From Camelus ferus (Eukaryota), in assembly GCF_009834535.1 (NCBI RefSeq), contig NC_045697.1:3102001-3166000 (forward strand): DNA of 64,000 nt, written 5' to 3'. Below are positions 12,012 to 23,240 of this stretch, one piece after another. The position numbers and the translations under genes are program-made. The notes under the pieces were generated by a model. It was not told where the DNA came from, searched no databases, and saw only the letters and a list, made by a program, of their open reading frames with translations. The stretch's first letter is position 1; each line of letters begins with the position of its first letter.

Positions 12012-13365
12012 AGTATTGATTTTTTATTGTTTCATAACAAATAACCACAAACGTAGCAGCTTAATGTAACACACATCTTTTTAAAATGCTTTTATTTCTT
12101 TTTTTTAAAAATTGAAGTACAGTTGATTTACAATGCTGTGTTACTTTCTGGTGTACAGCAAAGTGACTCAGCTATACATATATATTCTTTATCATTATAG
12201 ATTATTACAAGATATTGAATATAGTTCCCTTTGCTAAACACTAAGGCTTTGTTGTTTTTCTGTTTTATATATAGTAGTTAGTATTTGCAAATCCAAGACT
12301 CCTAATTTATCCCTCCCCCTCCCCTTTCCCTCCTGGTAACTGTAAATTTGTTTTCTATGTCTGTGAATCTGTTTCTGTTTTACAAGTAAGTACATTTGTG
12401 CCATTTTTAAAGATTCCATATGTAAGTGATATCATATGGTATCTGTCTTTCTCTGTCTGACTTACTTCACTTAATATGATAATCTCTAGGTTCATAGGTT
12501 CATCCATGTTGCTGCAAATGGCATTATTTCAATCATTTTTATGGCTGAGTAGTATTCCATTGTGTGTATATGTATACACGTATATACACACCACCACTTC
12601 TTTATCCATTCATCTGTCAATGGACATTTGGACATTTAGTTTGCTTTCATGTCTTGGCTATTGTGAATAGTGCTGCTATGAACATTGGGGTGCAGGTATC
12701 TTTTCGAATTAGAGTTTCCTCCGGATACATGCCCAGGAGTGGGATTGCTGGATCACAGGGTAACTCTATTTTTAGTTTTTTAAGAAACCTCCATACTGTT
12801 CTTCATAGTGGTGGCACCAATTTACATTCCCATCAGCAGTGTAAGAGGGTTCCTTTTTCTTCGCACCCTTGCCAGCATTTCTCATTTATAACACACATTT
12901 CTTAACTCAGTTTCCGGGTCCTCTGCTCTGGGCTCACTAGGCTCCAGCTAACATTTCTGCCAGGCTGCGTTCTCACCTGGAGACTTGGCTAAGGAAGGGT
13001 CCCCACCAAGTCCTTCGAGTGGATGCCAGAATTCATTTCTGTGGTCCTGCCTGACTGGGGTTCCAGCTTTTTGCTGACTGTTGCCTGGAGGCCGTCGTCA
13101 GGTCCTACAGACCATCTGCAGGGGGGCTTCTCTGAAGGCGCCCTCACAGCACAGCAGGCGACTTCTCCAAAGCCTGTAAGTAGAACCTCTCTCCGTAGTC
13201 CAAGATGCATGCTTATGTAATGGGATGTGACCAGGGACGTGACACCCCATCACTTCAGCCACACCACTTTGGCCAGAAGCTGTCACCGGTTCTGCCTGCA
13301 CTCAAGATGGGGAGATCGTACAAGGGCATGACTCACTGGGGGTCACCTTAGGGTGTGTCTGCCAT
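12012..13365 (-). mobile_element. MLT1 (D/E-like) LTR interrupted by an L1
   Basis: Left arm 'cataacaaataaccacaaacgtagcagcttaatgtaacacacat' resumes after the L1 as 'taacacacatttcttaactcagtttcc...agaattcatttctgtggtc...cagaagctgtcaccggttctgcctgcactcaag'. Confidence 0.75.
12077..12888 (-). mobile_element. 5'-truncated cetartiodactyl LINE-1 (end of ORF2 plus 3' UTR) with TSD
   Basis: T-rich tail, then 'attgaagtacagttgatttacaatgctgtgttactttctggtgtacagcaaagtgactcag' ... 'gcccaggagtgggattgctggatca' ... 'ccaatttacattcccatcagcagtgtaagaggg'. TAACACACAT occurs at 12067-12076 and 12889-12898. Confidence 0.92.
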
Positions 13366-13670
13366 GGTTGTGTTTGGTGTGGTGGTGGCTACAAAGCCTT
13401 CATGGGGAAAGTGATATTGAGGGTGAGACTTGAAGGGTCAGTGGGAGTTGGCTAGGTCCAGGGAGAAAAGTGTGTCGGGCAGAGGGCAGCATGAGTGAAG
13501 AGGTCTGAGGATGGAGCTGCCGTCCTTTGCAGTATCTTCTCCCGCTACCTGAGACTCTGTGTTCCTGATTCCTGAGTACATCTCCAAACACGGGGGCCTG
13601 GCTGAAAGGCGTAGAGAATCTTCTCACATCCATGGAGGAATTTGGCAAATCAGATTGGAAGCTGGGCTTT

Positions 13671-13672
<2 letters not shown>

Positions 13673-13726
<54 letters not shown>
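13673..13726. repeat. Perfect (GT)27 microsatellite
   Basis: 54 nt of uninterrupted GT. Confidence 0.97.
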
Positions 13727-13728
<2 letters not shown>

Positions 13729-13779
13729 GGAGAGGGGGATGGGGTCTGCCCCAGTCACAGTCAAGACCTTATCCATGCA

Positions 13780-14400
13780 TCCATCCCCTCTACCAGCATT
13801 CCCTGAGTGCCTTCAGGGTGCCAGGCCCTGCGCTGCTGTAGAAATGAGTCACTCAGACCCCTGCCTTGTCCTAGCAAGGTCACACTTTGCTGGGAGGTGG
13901 TGGGGAACCACTGAGATGGAAAACTCCAGCTGGTGTTCTAACGGAGGTGGCCCAAGTGCGTGGGAGTGCCGGGAAGGAAGGCCTCAGGAGGTGAGGAAAA
14001 GAAAGCACTCCAGGATGATTTCAGGTTTCAGTGTGAGCCACTGTGCGGGTGGAGAAGCCGTTTACTGAGAAAGAAGAATGTGGAGGAGCAGGTGGGGGGC
14101 GTTGACTAAAGCACTTTTTTTTGATGGTGAGAAGTTTGAGATGCTTCCTAGGTGTCCAGATGGGGAACCAGGGGAGGTCAGGGCTGGCGATACAGAGCTG
14201 GCAGTATCCAGGGTCTGTAGATGGTTTAAAATCTGGGAGAACGTGAGATTTCCCAGTAAGAGGGTCCATGTCCGAGCCATGGACATTCCGGCAATGAAAG
14301 GTTGGGTAGATAAGGGGGTGGATCCTGGGGACACCTGAAGGAGTCTCTAGGGGTGTAAAGGAAAACCCAGAATGCGGGACCACGTGATGTGGAAAGATCA
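13780..14400. mobile_element. Degenerate L2 LINE fragments
   Basis: 'gcattccctgagtgccttcagggtgccaggccctgcgct', 'gagaagtttgagatgcttcctaggtgtccagatgggga', 'ggagaacgtgagatttcccag'. Confidence 0.55.
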
Positions 14401-15019
14401 CTGACAGTGATGACAGAGGTTTTATGGATGACTGGTACTTGGATACATGTAGGGCATTTCAGGTGGGGAAGAGCGTAGCCTAAGCAGGAAAGGGAAACAG
14501 CTCTGCCACGTGCTCCTTTATCATGGGTTAAAGTGGCCCCTAGAAATCTCTGCTCCTGCCTGATGGAGCTCCTTGGGGGAGGGCCAAGTTGCCTCTACTC
14601 CACTCCGACCGCACATCTTACCCGCTGTGAAAATGTTTGTTGAACGAATAAAAGATGAACGAGTGAATGGTATTATGTGACTTGGGGGGAGCAGGTGATC
14701 TCGCCCTTGGGGTCTCAGTTTCCCTTTCTGTAAAGCAGGCCAACCCGATAAACTTGAGTTCTGGATGCGGGATGAACACGGCTTGTTGAGCGGATTCCAA
14801 CCGGACGTTACTCGTAGCCTTCCTGGGTAGGACCGGGTTGGGCCGTGGATCCCGTCGCTTTCGGTCAGGCCCCGTGGGGACTCCCACGGCCCCGCCCCGG
14901 TGCGGCCCCGCCCCACCTCCCTTTGTTTCTTCAGGCCACGCCCCCTCTGCGCAGCTCACTCCCCATTGGTCAGGGGGCGGGACGGAACGGCGCGGGCGGG
15001 GTGAGTGCGCCTGCGCGGT

Positions 15020-15238
15020 GTTGGAGCCCAGCCGCAGCCTCTCGCCGGTCGCTGCTCCGCGCGGAGCCGGATCCCGAGCCCGAGCCTGAGCTGGAGACGG
15101 TCTGAGGCGGCTCTGAGGCGGCCCCGCCCCGGGGCTCCATTGTTGCCGCGGCCGCGGCTCTGCCGGCTGCTCCGCTCCGCTTCGCTCGGTCAAGGCGTCT
15201 CCGGCAAGGAGCGATCGCTGCCGAGGCGGCGGCCTGAG
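15020..15238 (+). other. AFAP1: Non-coding first exon of actin filament-associated protein 1 (start approximate)
   Basis: Lies just downstream of the promoter motifs, has no ATG, and ends at a good donor GAG|GTGAGG (GT 15239-15240). Gene identity rests on human synteny (AFAP1 lies downstream of ABLIM2 on the same strand, with a non-coding exon 1 and a long intron 1). No AFAP1 coding sequence was seen in the window. Confidence 0.7.
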
Positions 15239-15269
15239 GTGAGGCGGCGAGCTGCGGGGCCGGGCCGGG

Positions 15270-15640
15270 AGGGGATCCCCCGGCAGACAGAGGTTCCGGG
15301 GCTGGGTGAGGGTCCCGCAGCCGGGCGGAGGTCCCGGGGTCGGAGGGGGTCCCAGGCGACAGGGGTCCCGGGCCAGGCTGTGGTCCTCGGGACGGCAGGG
15401 TCCCAGAGCCGGGCGACGTTCAGGGCCGGACAGGGGTCTCGAGTCCGGCGGGGGTCCCATGACTGGGCCGGGATCCAGGCGGCAGGGGTCCCGGGCCGGA
15501 CGGGGCCCCCGAGAGGGCAGGGATCCGGGAGCCGGGCGAGGATCCCGGCCGGGCGGAGGTCCCCTGGCCTGACGGGGGTCCCAGGCGGCAGTGGTCCTGG
15601 GCCCGGCAGGGGTCCCCGCCGGGTGTGGCAGGTCCGAGCT
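15270..15640. repeat. Degenerate ~18-bp GC-rich minisatellite, about 21 units, core GG(G/A)TCCC
   Basis: The core recurs at ~15273, 15292, 15311, 15330, 15348, 15364, 15382, 15399, 15435, 15453, 15471, 15487, 15504, 15521, 15540, 15558, 15577, 15593, 15611 and 15631. Confidence 0.8.
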
Positions 15641-18204
15641 GGGTGCCGCGGGGTCGCTGCCCGAGGTGGCGGCCGCCGCCCTGAGCGCCAGTGGGACGAG
15701 GGGACACGGACTGGGTACTGGCCGGGCCGTCGCGCACCCGGGCGCCCGGGCATTGTCTCGGCCTCGGGGTGGCACTGAGGGGGCTGCGCGCCTGCTGCGC
15801 CTCTGCGTGGATCCGCGCGTGAATCCCCGCGCGGGGGTCCTAGACACCCCGAGGGTGGGGGGCACTGTCTCGGTCCCCGCCCACTCCGTGGAGTGGCTGG
15901 TTCACTGTGTGCTACGAAAGGTAGCTCTGCGTGGGCCCTCGCACGCGGGGATCCCGGACATCCCGGAGACCTTCTCTGTTCCCCCGTCTTTCCCCTTTGA
16001 TGTGACTGTTCGCTGTGTCTAATAGAGGGTGACTGCGTGGACCCCTGATCGTAAGGATCTTGGTCACCCTGGAAGTGGGGGGCTCCTTTTCGCCCCCCAC
16101 CCCCGTGACTGGTTCACTGAGAGTTTGTGTGTCACCGAACGTGGCTCAGCTTGGAGCGCCGTGCCCTGGCCACCCTGAGAGTTGGGGGGCTCTGCCCTGT
16201 CCCCTCCCCCCGCTGCTTGTCGGGGTGTGATCAGCCTCTGATCAGTCCTGGAGGTAGGCTCCCTACATTTCCACCCCCCGTCTGTGTGTGTGTGTTGGGG
16301 GTTCCTTGTCCTGAGGGGCGTCCTTGTACGGGTCTTGGCGCCCGTCGGGGTGTGGCGGGCTGTGCGTGGGGGCGTAGTTGGCCTGCGTTGGACCGCTGAT
16401 CCGCTCTTTCATTTATTTTATTTGCCATATGAGCAGAAGAGGCTGCACTTCCCCGGGAACCTGCCCCTCCTCCCGGCCTGGTCCCCGGGGAGCGCGGGGC
16501 TGTCACCGCGCCTGGGGACCGAGGGTCGGGCCGTGGCGTTTCCTGCTCCCGGCGCTAGGCTTGGCCGGCAGGAGCCGGCTCTGATTGGAGGGAGCCTGGC
16601 CCCTCTGCCCAGCGCTTCTTGATTTCTTCCGTTAGGATTGGGAAGAAAAAAAAGTCTGGAAAGCCAGATTTAAGTTTGTAGCTCTCAGCGCCTGGAGAGT
16701 GGAAGAAACTTTCCCAAGAATTTGGCGGGCTGGAAAGTGCGTTTGAAGGAGGGGAATCCACACCCACGGAATGAGGCCAAGGCTGTTACAGTTAGAGGTC
16801 AGGTTTACGGAAGGGATAGCCAGGACGAGGTTGAGGATGGGGAAACTTGGATTTCAGCCTGATGGCAAAATCTGATGCTACCCTGTGGGCTCTGTAGCCT
16901 ACAACCGTTTAAATACAGTGGGGTTATTCACTTATCCTTTCATCAAACTCATAAAACGCATCCCTGTTATAGTCCAGGGATGCCTCTTTTCCCCGGAGAA
17001 TGCAAAGTCTAACAAAGTCAGTCTTTCCCTTTTAAGAATGTTTTGGTCCAAGACAGACAACTGAGCTATAGGCACAAGTAGCTCTGGTACCCAGATTGAA
17101 GTTCTTTGTGGACAAGACTGGGTATGAATAACAAAAATACCAGATGGAAACGTCGTAATGTCTGCAGCTGTTGCTGCTATAAAGTCCACGCTTAGGACGC
17201 AGGCCCTTCGCTCTGCCTTCTCTACCCTCACGCCCACTTCCAGTCCTTCCAGCTTCGTTCACTTATTCTTACAGTTTAAGTTTATGTGGCACCTTCACCC
17301 TGAAGCCTTCCCTGAAGTCCTTTTGCCCTGCGCTCTGAAAACTGGGGTCTTCAAGGCCAGAGTGGCTGGCTTTAGTGCTGCGTGGTAGATGCCCTGCTAG
17401 AGGTGGGCACGGTTTGTTCCCAGAGCTGGAAGAAGTGTATCTAAATGAGGGGTCCTTTTCTCTACCAGGGATCCAGGTCTTTCATGGGATTTACAATCTG
17501 CAATTCTTCAACTCTCCTGAGAGTTTTTAGATTAAAATTCGCTATTACTTCCTCGTGTTTGTTGCATGGTGTAGAGTACTTGATTAAAATTTATTTGATC
17601 TAATTCTGGCTCTGGAATTAAGTTGCACTTTGTTCTTGCAAACCCACTGGGCTTCAGTTTTCTCACCTTTGAGGGTTTTAAACTAGGAAAGAAACTTGTC
17701 AGCCCTAAACCTTTAATTCTTTCAACCAAATATAGCAGAGTAAAGTTCTCTTATGGCAGTGGTATAAATAATGGAGATCTTTGAAAATGTCGATTCTAAA
17801 GTGGAAGTTCTTTTTCTTTTTTTTTCTCTTCAAAAAGTGTAGTTGCATGGGTGTATACTTTGCTCAGAGTTAAGGACCACTGTCTAGGATGGAAGCTTAG
17901 GCAGCTTTTTGATATTGTCTTCTGTATTCTTCATAATTACTTTACATGCAACATCTGCACCCTATCAAATTGGTTTGATATTTTCCTTAATGAAGTTGTT
18001 GGGTGCAGAGCTCTTGTCAGGAGCATTTTGCTGATCTTTTGAGTATCACATGAAATCAGCCAACTGCGGGCTTTTGTATGCCTCACTCTCTATCAGAGAT
18101 TTTAACTTGGAGAATCTGAAATAAGTGAATTTGGCAAGTGCCTTGAGTAGATGTACATGGCTTTGTATAATAGTTTAAAGCATAGTTTAAAATTATGACT
18201 TGCA

Positions 18205-18295
18205 GAGACACTGCTTTGGGAAAGCATGTGTCCTCCTTACTTGCTGCAAGTAGTAAATCCTTCCTTCTCTGGGGGAAAAAAAATAAAATAAATTT
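18205..18295 (+). mobile_element. Short polyadenylated retroposed fragment (LTR R-region-like) flanked by a 15-bp TSD
   Basis: aaattatgacttgca (18190-18204) and aaattattacttgca (18296-18310); AGTAAA at 18252-18257; A-rich tail from 18276; TT/AAAA at the left junction. Confidence 0.75.
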
Positions 18296-19299
18296 AAATT
18301 ATTACTTGCAAAAAATTGCATCATATGTTAAATGACCTACAAGGAAGCTCCAATTCTAAGGAATATAGTAATTCATCCTTAAAAATATTAAAGCTCCCTT
18401 CCAGTTTTTCTGTTTGGCAGGATGGGAATTTGATGTGCTTGGTGTTTTTTTTTTAAAACAACATGTCTGTAGAGAGGATACACAGTTTTCTCTGCTATTC
18501 TTTGGATGATTACAGAGATTAAAAATAGATGAAAGCTGTTTGGTCAAGTAGTGATGCCACCGAATTACAATTTTCACATTAAGTCGGGTTTTTGTCTTTA
18601 TTTTGATTTGCAGTCTTTAATTAATTTTAAAAAATGCTTTGTTGCGTACTCCATGTATTTTTTGTTTGTTTGTTTGTTTTTGTTAGGGATCTTATTTAAG
18701 GGGAGGAGTCTTCAGAAACTCAAATGGATTCTCTTCGAGGTTTTCTTAGATTGTCTTAATGTTTTCACTGAAAACTAGTTAATGCTTATTCTGCAAGCTG
18801 GAGAGCTCCTGGGGATGGGGAGGGGATGGCAAGGGCCGGGTGTGAGTTCTACATTTGCGTGTTGTCCCTCTTGTTCTTACTAAAGGGTGAGAGGGAAGCA
18901 GCTCTTCCCTGGGGGCCTGAGCAGGGAGCTGAATTCACCCTGCCTCAAAGAACTCATGGTGTGTCCCTTTCTTTTTAAATTATGAAAGTCTATGAATCAT
19001 TTTGTTTAAGCATTACTTGCCTGGAACTGGAAGTTCAGAGATAGATTTTTCTTAGACTATAAATCTAAGTCTTTGGTGTTAACCCCCTCCCCAACCTGTC
19101 CCACATCACCTACCAAAAGGTTTTTTCTTCCTTCTTTTCCACTTTAAAGATCTTATCACATACGTGTCTATTATTGCAGGCTACATCAAAACCGTGTTGG
19201 GTGTTGACAGGATGTAATATGAATAATATATTAAAGATAACTTACTCCGGTTCTTTTGCACAGGAAACTTGGATTAGAAACTTGGCCCTGGTGAGGCTT

Positions 19300-19450
19300 T
19301 TGTCAAGTCCAAGTACTGTGCTGAACTTCAGTTTCCTCATTTGTAAAATGGAGTTAATTGTTGGTAGTGCCTACTCTGCCTGGGTCAAGAGATTGTTTTG
19401 AGGATAAAATGAAATCATGAATGTAACGGAATTTTGTAAGTTGTAAAATA
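19300..19450 (+). mobile_element. MIR SINE fragment
   Basis: 'cttcagtttcctcatttgtaaaatggag...ttgttttgaggataaaatgaaat'. Confidence 0.75.
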
Positions 19451-20602
19451 TGTTGCCAAGGATTTAAAAAAATGCTTCATTGAGAATGGAATGAATCTGG
19501 GTTTTTAAAAATTCTGTCTATCTGTTGTATATACAGATAATCCTTCAAGTGTGTTAGGCAGCTTCATTTAAGCTTCATTTAAGATTTTCTATCTTTAACT
19601 GGCCAGTGTTTGATATTTTAGCATTTTGGGGAACATCAAATTCAAGTTTCAGTTCCTTTAATCTTTTGTAAATAAATAAGACTATTGAATGTGCTTGATG
19701 TATCTTTGACAGTCTCTTTAATATGTAGATTCCTGTGACCCTTCCTTTAGTGAAGCACAGTCTCTGGACATTTCAGTTCCTAAGTGACTGCTCTGGAGGC
19801 GGGGGAAGGCGGCAGCGGTGGGAGGTCAGGATCGGCAAAGCGCCGGTCTGCTCGCAGGTGAGGTGCCAGCGCTCGGCCCGCGGAGTGAGCAGCAGGTGTC
19901 ACTGGGCAACTGACGTCAGCACCATGGTGTGCTGGGGCCTTCTCTCCCCGAGCCACCTGGGAAACTGCAGTGTCTCCCAACCACCAGGCAGGTCGGCTTT
20001 TCTCTTTCTCTCCTTCTTGCCTTTTCTTCCTCTCCACCAACTACTGAGTGAGCACCTCTGCTCTTCCAGGCATTGGTGGGGGAGGAATGAATACAAAGGC
20101 TAACAAAATGCAGGCACTGGTCCACAGAGTTTATACTCTGTACCCAGATAGTAAGTCACACTGTCATACAGTGTGGCAGACACTCACATAGCTTACCTGG
20201 GATGTGTCTGTCTCCTTGGAGAAGAGCCGGGGGTTCACAGCGCAGGAGAGGCAGACGTGGGAGGTGCTGCCGTTGGTACGTAGGAGAGTTTGGGAGCCAG
20301 GTTGGTGCACACGAGCCAGCATTTATTCTCCTACGTGGTACTTAGAGTTTATCGGGCCAGACAGGTATTGAAAGGTTTATGAGTTAAAGGAAAGGGCAGT
20401 GAATTACCTGAGGCTTAGAATTTGTAGATATTCTGAGTAATTTATAATTTCCCCAGATCTCCCCAGATCGATCAGAACAAGTCTGTAATCTGTTGTGTTG
20501 GATGGAGTTTGGCCGTCTCTGCTTTTTGATTTAAGGATGTCAGCAGACTTGTGGAATGTGCGGCAAAGCGACGGACACCGCGGTATTTTCGCAGGTGTCT
20601 CT

Positions 20603-21150
20603 GTAGAAGTTTCCTACGGCTGCAGTAACAAATTGCCACAAATTGAGTGGCTTAAACCAGCACACATTTATTATCTTACAGTTCTGTAGGTTAGAAGTCT
20701 GACTCAGGGCTCATTGGGCAGAAAACAAGGCGTCTGTTCCTTACTGGAGAATCTGGGGGAGAACTGCTCTCAAGTTCATGTAGATGGTCCACCGAATGTA
20801 GTTGCTGGTAGTTGTCGGGCTGAGGCCCCTGTTTCCTTGCTGGCTGTCAGCTTTGGACCCGGCTCTGGGAGGCGTCTTTCTGGTCCCAGAATCAGCAAGG
20901 ACCATGGAGTCCTGCTCCAGCTCTCTGGCTGTCTCTTCTGCCCCATCTCTCTTCTACCTGGAGAAAGTTCTCTGCTTGTAAGCACTCATGCGGTTAGGTT
21001 GGGCCCATCTAGCTACCCAGGATAACCCTCCGGTCCAAGCCCCCTGTCTGCGGCCTGTAGCAGTTCCTTTTGTTAGGTAATGTGACGCAGTCCCAGCTTC
21101 CAGGGATCAACACACGGACGTCTGTGGGAGCCGTTACTCCGCCTCCCACA
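20603..21150 (-). mobile_element. MLT1D-like solo LTR
   Basis: 'ggctgcagtaacaaattgccacaaattgagtggcttaaaccagcacacatttattatcttacagttctgtaggttagaagtctgac...ctgaggcccctgtttccttgctggctgtcagc'. Confidence 0.8.
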
Positions 21151-21999
21151 GTTACCCAGTCCATTTGTAACAATGCCCGCTGACGTTGTTATTGCTACCC
21201 TCAGCTCACAAATAAATAAAAGGCACCAAAATTTTAAGCAAATTGGTGGGGCCATTAAGATCCCTGTTAAATGACAAGACAGGTCTTCTGACTGGCTGTT
21301 GAGCTGATGGTGAGGCTTATAAGCAGCGGGGACAGGCCAGTCGGAAGCAGAGTGAATTTTGTGTTTTGGAGTATTTAAATGGGCCACTCTGATTATAAAA
21401 GTTTTGACAAGAAGTCATTAGAGTAATTCCCCTATTAGAAAATACACCCACGTGAGGGATTTGGGATGTGAAGGACTCTCTGCTCATGGGGTGAAGAGTG
21501 CGTAAGGCCATGTCCGGTTCTTGAATGGAAACAGCTGAGTCAACCCAACGGGGATTCACATTCCAGAGTTTTAGAGAGTCTGTTTCAAGGCTGAAGCAAA
21601 GCCCAGTAAACATGGTTAGTACCTTCGCTGACAGAAATGAGATGTACCTTGCGGTCAAGAAAACAACGGGTGCTGGTCAGCCAGCACTTAAGACCAGGCA
21701 TGACCTCATTCGGTCGTATCGGTGTTTTCACTGGTCTTTCAACTAGGGTTTTGTGTCCTTCTGCAGGAAAGCAGAACCTGTAACCCTAAGACTTGTTAAC
21801 CTGGCCTTCAGGAATTTACCAACTGCCTGACATCCTGTGCAAAAATGTTGAGCGTCTGTGCCAGTGTGTGTTTATAAAGGAGAGGATTTATAGCTTTCCC
21901 TTCTTTTTCAAAGGGATTGGTTTCCAAAAAAACTTTGAAACACACCGCTTAAGATGATATTCTTGCTGGTCAAGTATCAGATTTTGTTTAAAAATGAAA

Positions 22000-23240
22000 T
22001 AGCCCATTTTTAACAAAGTTATACAGGCACATAGTTTTAAGAGTCCAAAGTTCTACAGGGCTTAGAACAGAAAAACAGTGGTCACCGCCCCCACCCTTCT
22101 CCACCCTGATTCCTGCTCCCTAGAGGTCTCCCCTTTCAACACTTTAGCTCTTTCTTCCGTATTTTGTGTGCGGCATCCTACTAGGAAAGAAGGCGATCTT
22201 AGGTCACTTAGCCCTCCCGCCCACCGCCCACTTCTTTCTCCCCATCCTCTCAGTGTAATTATGTTAAGGCTTTGATTAAATATTCAGCAGGATGTATTAT
22301 GATTATGGAAATATTACGCACAGCTGAGGTGCGTAGTCTGTGGTGACCACATTTCCCTCCTTGTGTAGGTTTTCTTTCTTTTTCCTGGAGTTGCTCGTTG
22401 TCCTGCTTTGTTTTGCTTCGTTTTCTGTATCTGTCATTTGTTCGTCTTCCTGGCCCCCCGCAGTGTAAGTCTCCTCTCCCCACACTGACACACAACAGGG
22501 AATCATCCATTTGTCCTTTTCTTAGGATGATTCTGCCTGAACCTCTCAGCGGCCTGCTTTTCTATAAAGTGGTTGCTTCCTAGGCCTGCTGCCGAGGTAC
22601 CCTGTCACCCTGAGAAGGCCTTGCACCTCTTGGTAAGATGCCTCCTTTTTAAGATTTTCTCTTGCTTTGGTCAAGCATGTTCACCAGCAGCTTTCTAAGA
22701 AATTTTTTTTTAAGATCTTGTACAATGTTGGAATATTTTACTCTCATATTTAATTGATCATTTGAGTATAGAATTCAGGATTAGAATCACCTTCCTGTAG
22801 AATTTTGAAGGCGTTGCTCAGTGGACTTCCAACTTCCAACGTGACAGTTGATGTGTCCAAAGCCATTCCTTTGCATGTGACCTGTGTTTTCCTCTGTGTA
22901 GTTTTTTTAGGCTTTTCTTGTCATTCCTGGTATTTGGAGAGTTAATGGCGGCAGTGCCATGATGTGTGTCTTGTTTTATTCATTGTGTGGGTACCTGGTG
23001 GCCTCTTCCACCTATAGACTCTTGTCTTCTGTTCTGATCATGAGTTACCTTAAATGTTTTCTTCTATTTTCCCATTTCTTTGTCTTTTTGTTTTCCGTTT
23101 TGCAAGATTTCTCCAACTTCTTCTCCACAGTCTTCTTTGAATTTTATGTTGTTGTAATCATTTTAATCTCAAGAACTCCTTTATAGTCCCTGAAAATATT
23201 TTTTATGGTACCATCTTTCCTTGTTTCAAGAGGTTTTATT
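22000..23240 (-). mobile_element. Highly diverged L1ME-like fragments
   Basis: T-rich strand with 'tttgagtatagaattcaggatt...tagaattttgaaggcgttgctcagtggacttcc' and 'cctttgcatgtgacctgtgttttcctctg'. Confidence 0.5.

Larger units (their letters stand above)
14800..16620 (+). promoter_or_regulatory. CpG island promoter, probably of AFAP1
   Basis: Very high GC and CpG density over ~1.8 kb. GC boxes (ccgccc/gggcgg) at ~14890-15000 and 15121-15130, a reverse CCAAT (ATTGG ~14965), an NRF1-like tgcgcctgcgcg (15006-15017), and no TATA box. Confidence 0.88.

Noticed and set aside
15270..15640. CRISPR-like repeat-spacer array
   Set aside because: Eukaryotic context, degenerate tandem units without unique spacers, and no cas genes.
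15005..16022. 257-aa and 143-aa plus-strand ORFs in the CpG island
   Set aside because: Non-ATG starts; they cross the splice donor or the minisatellite and show no domain similarity.
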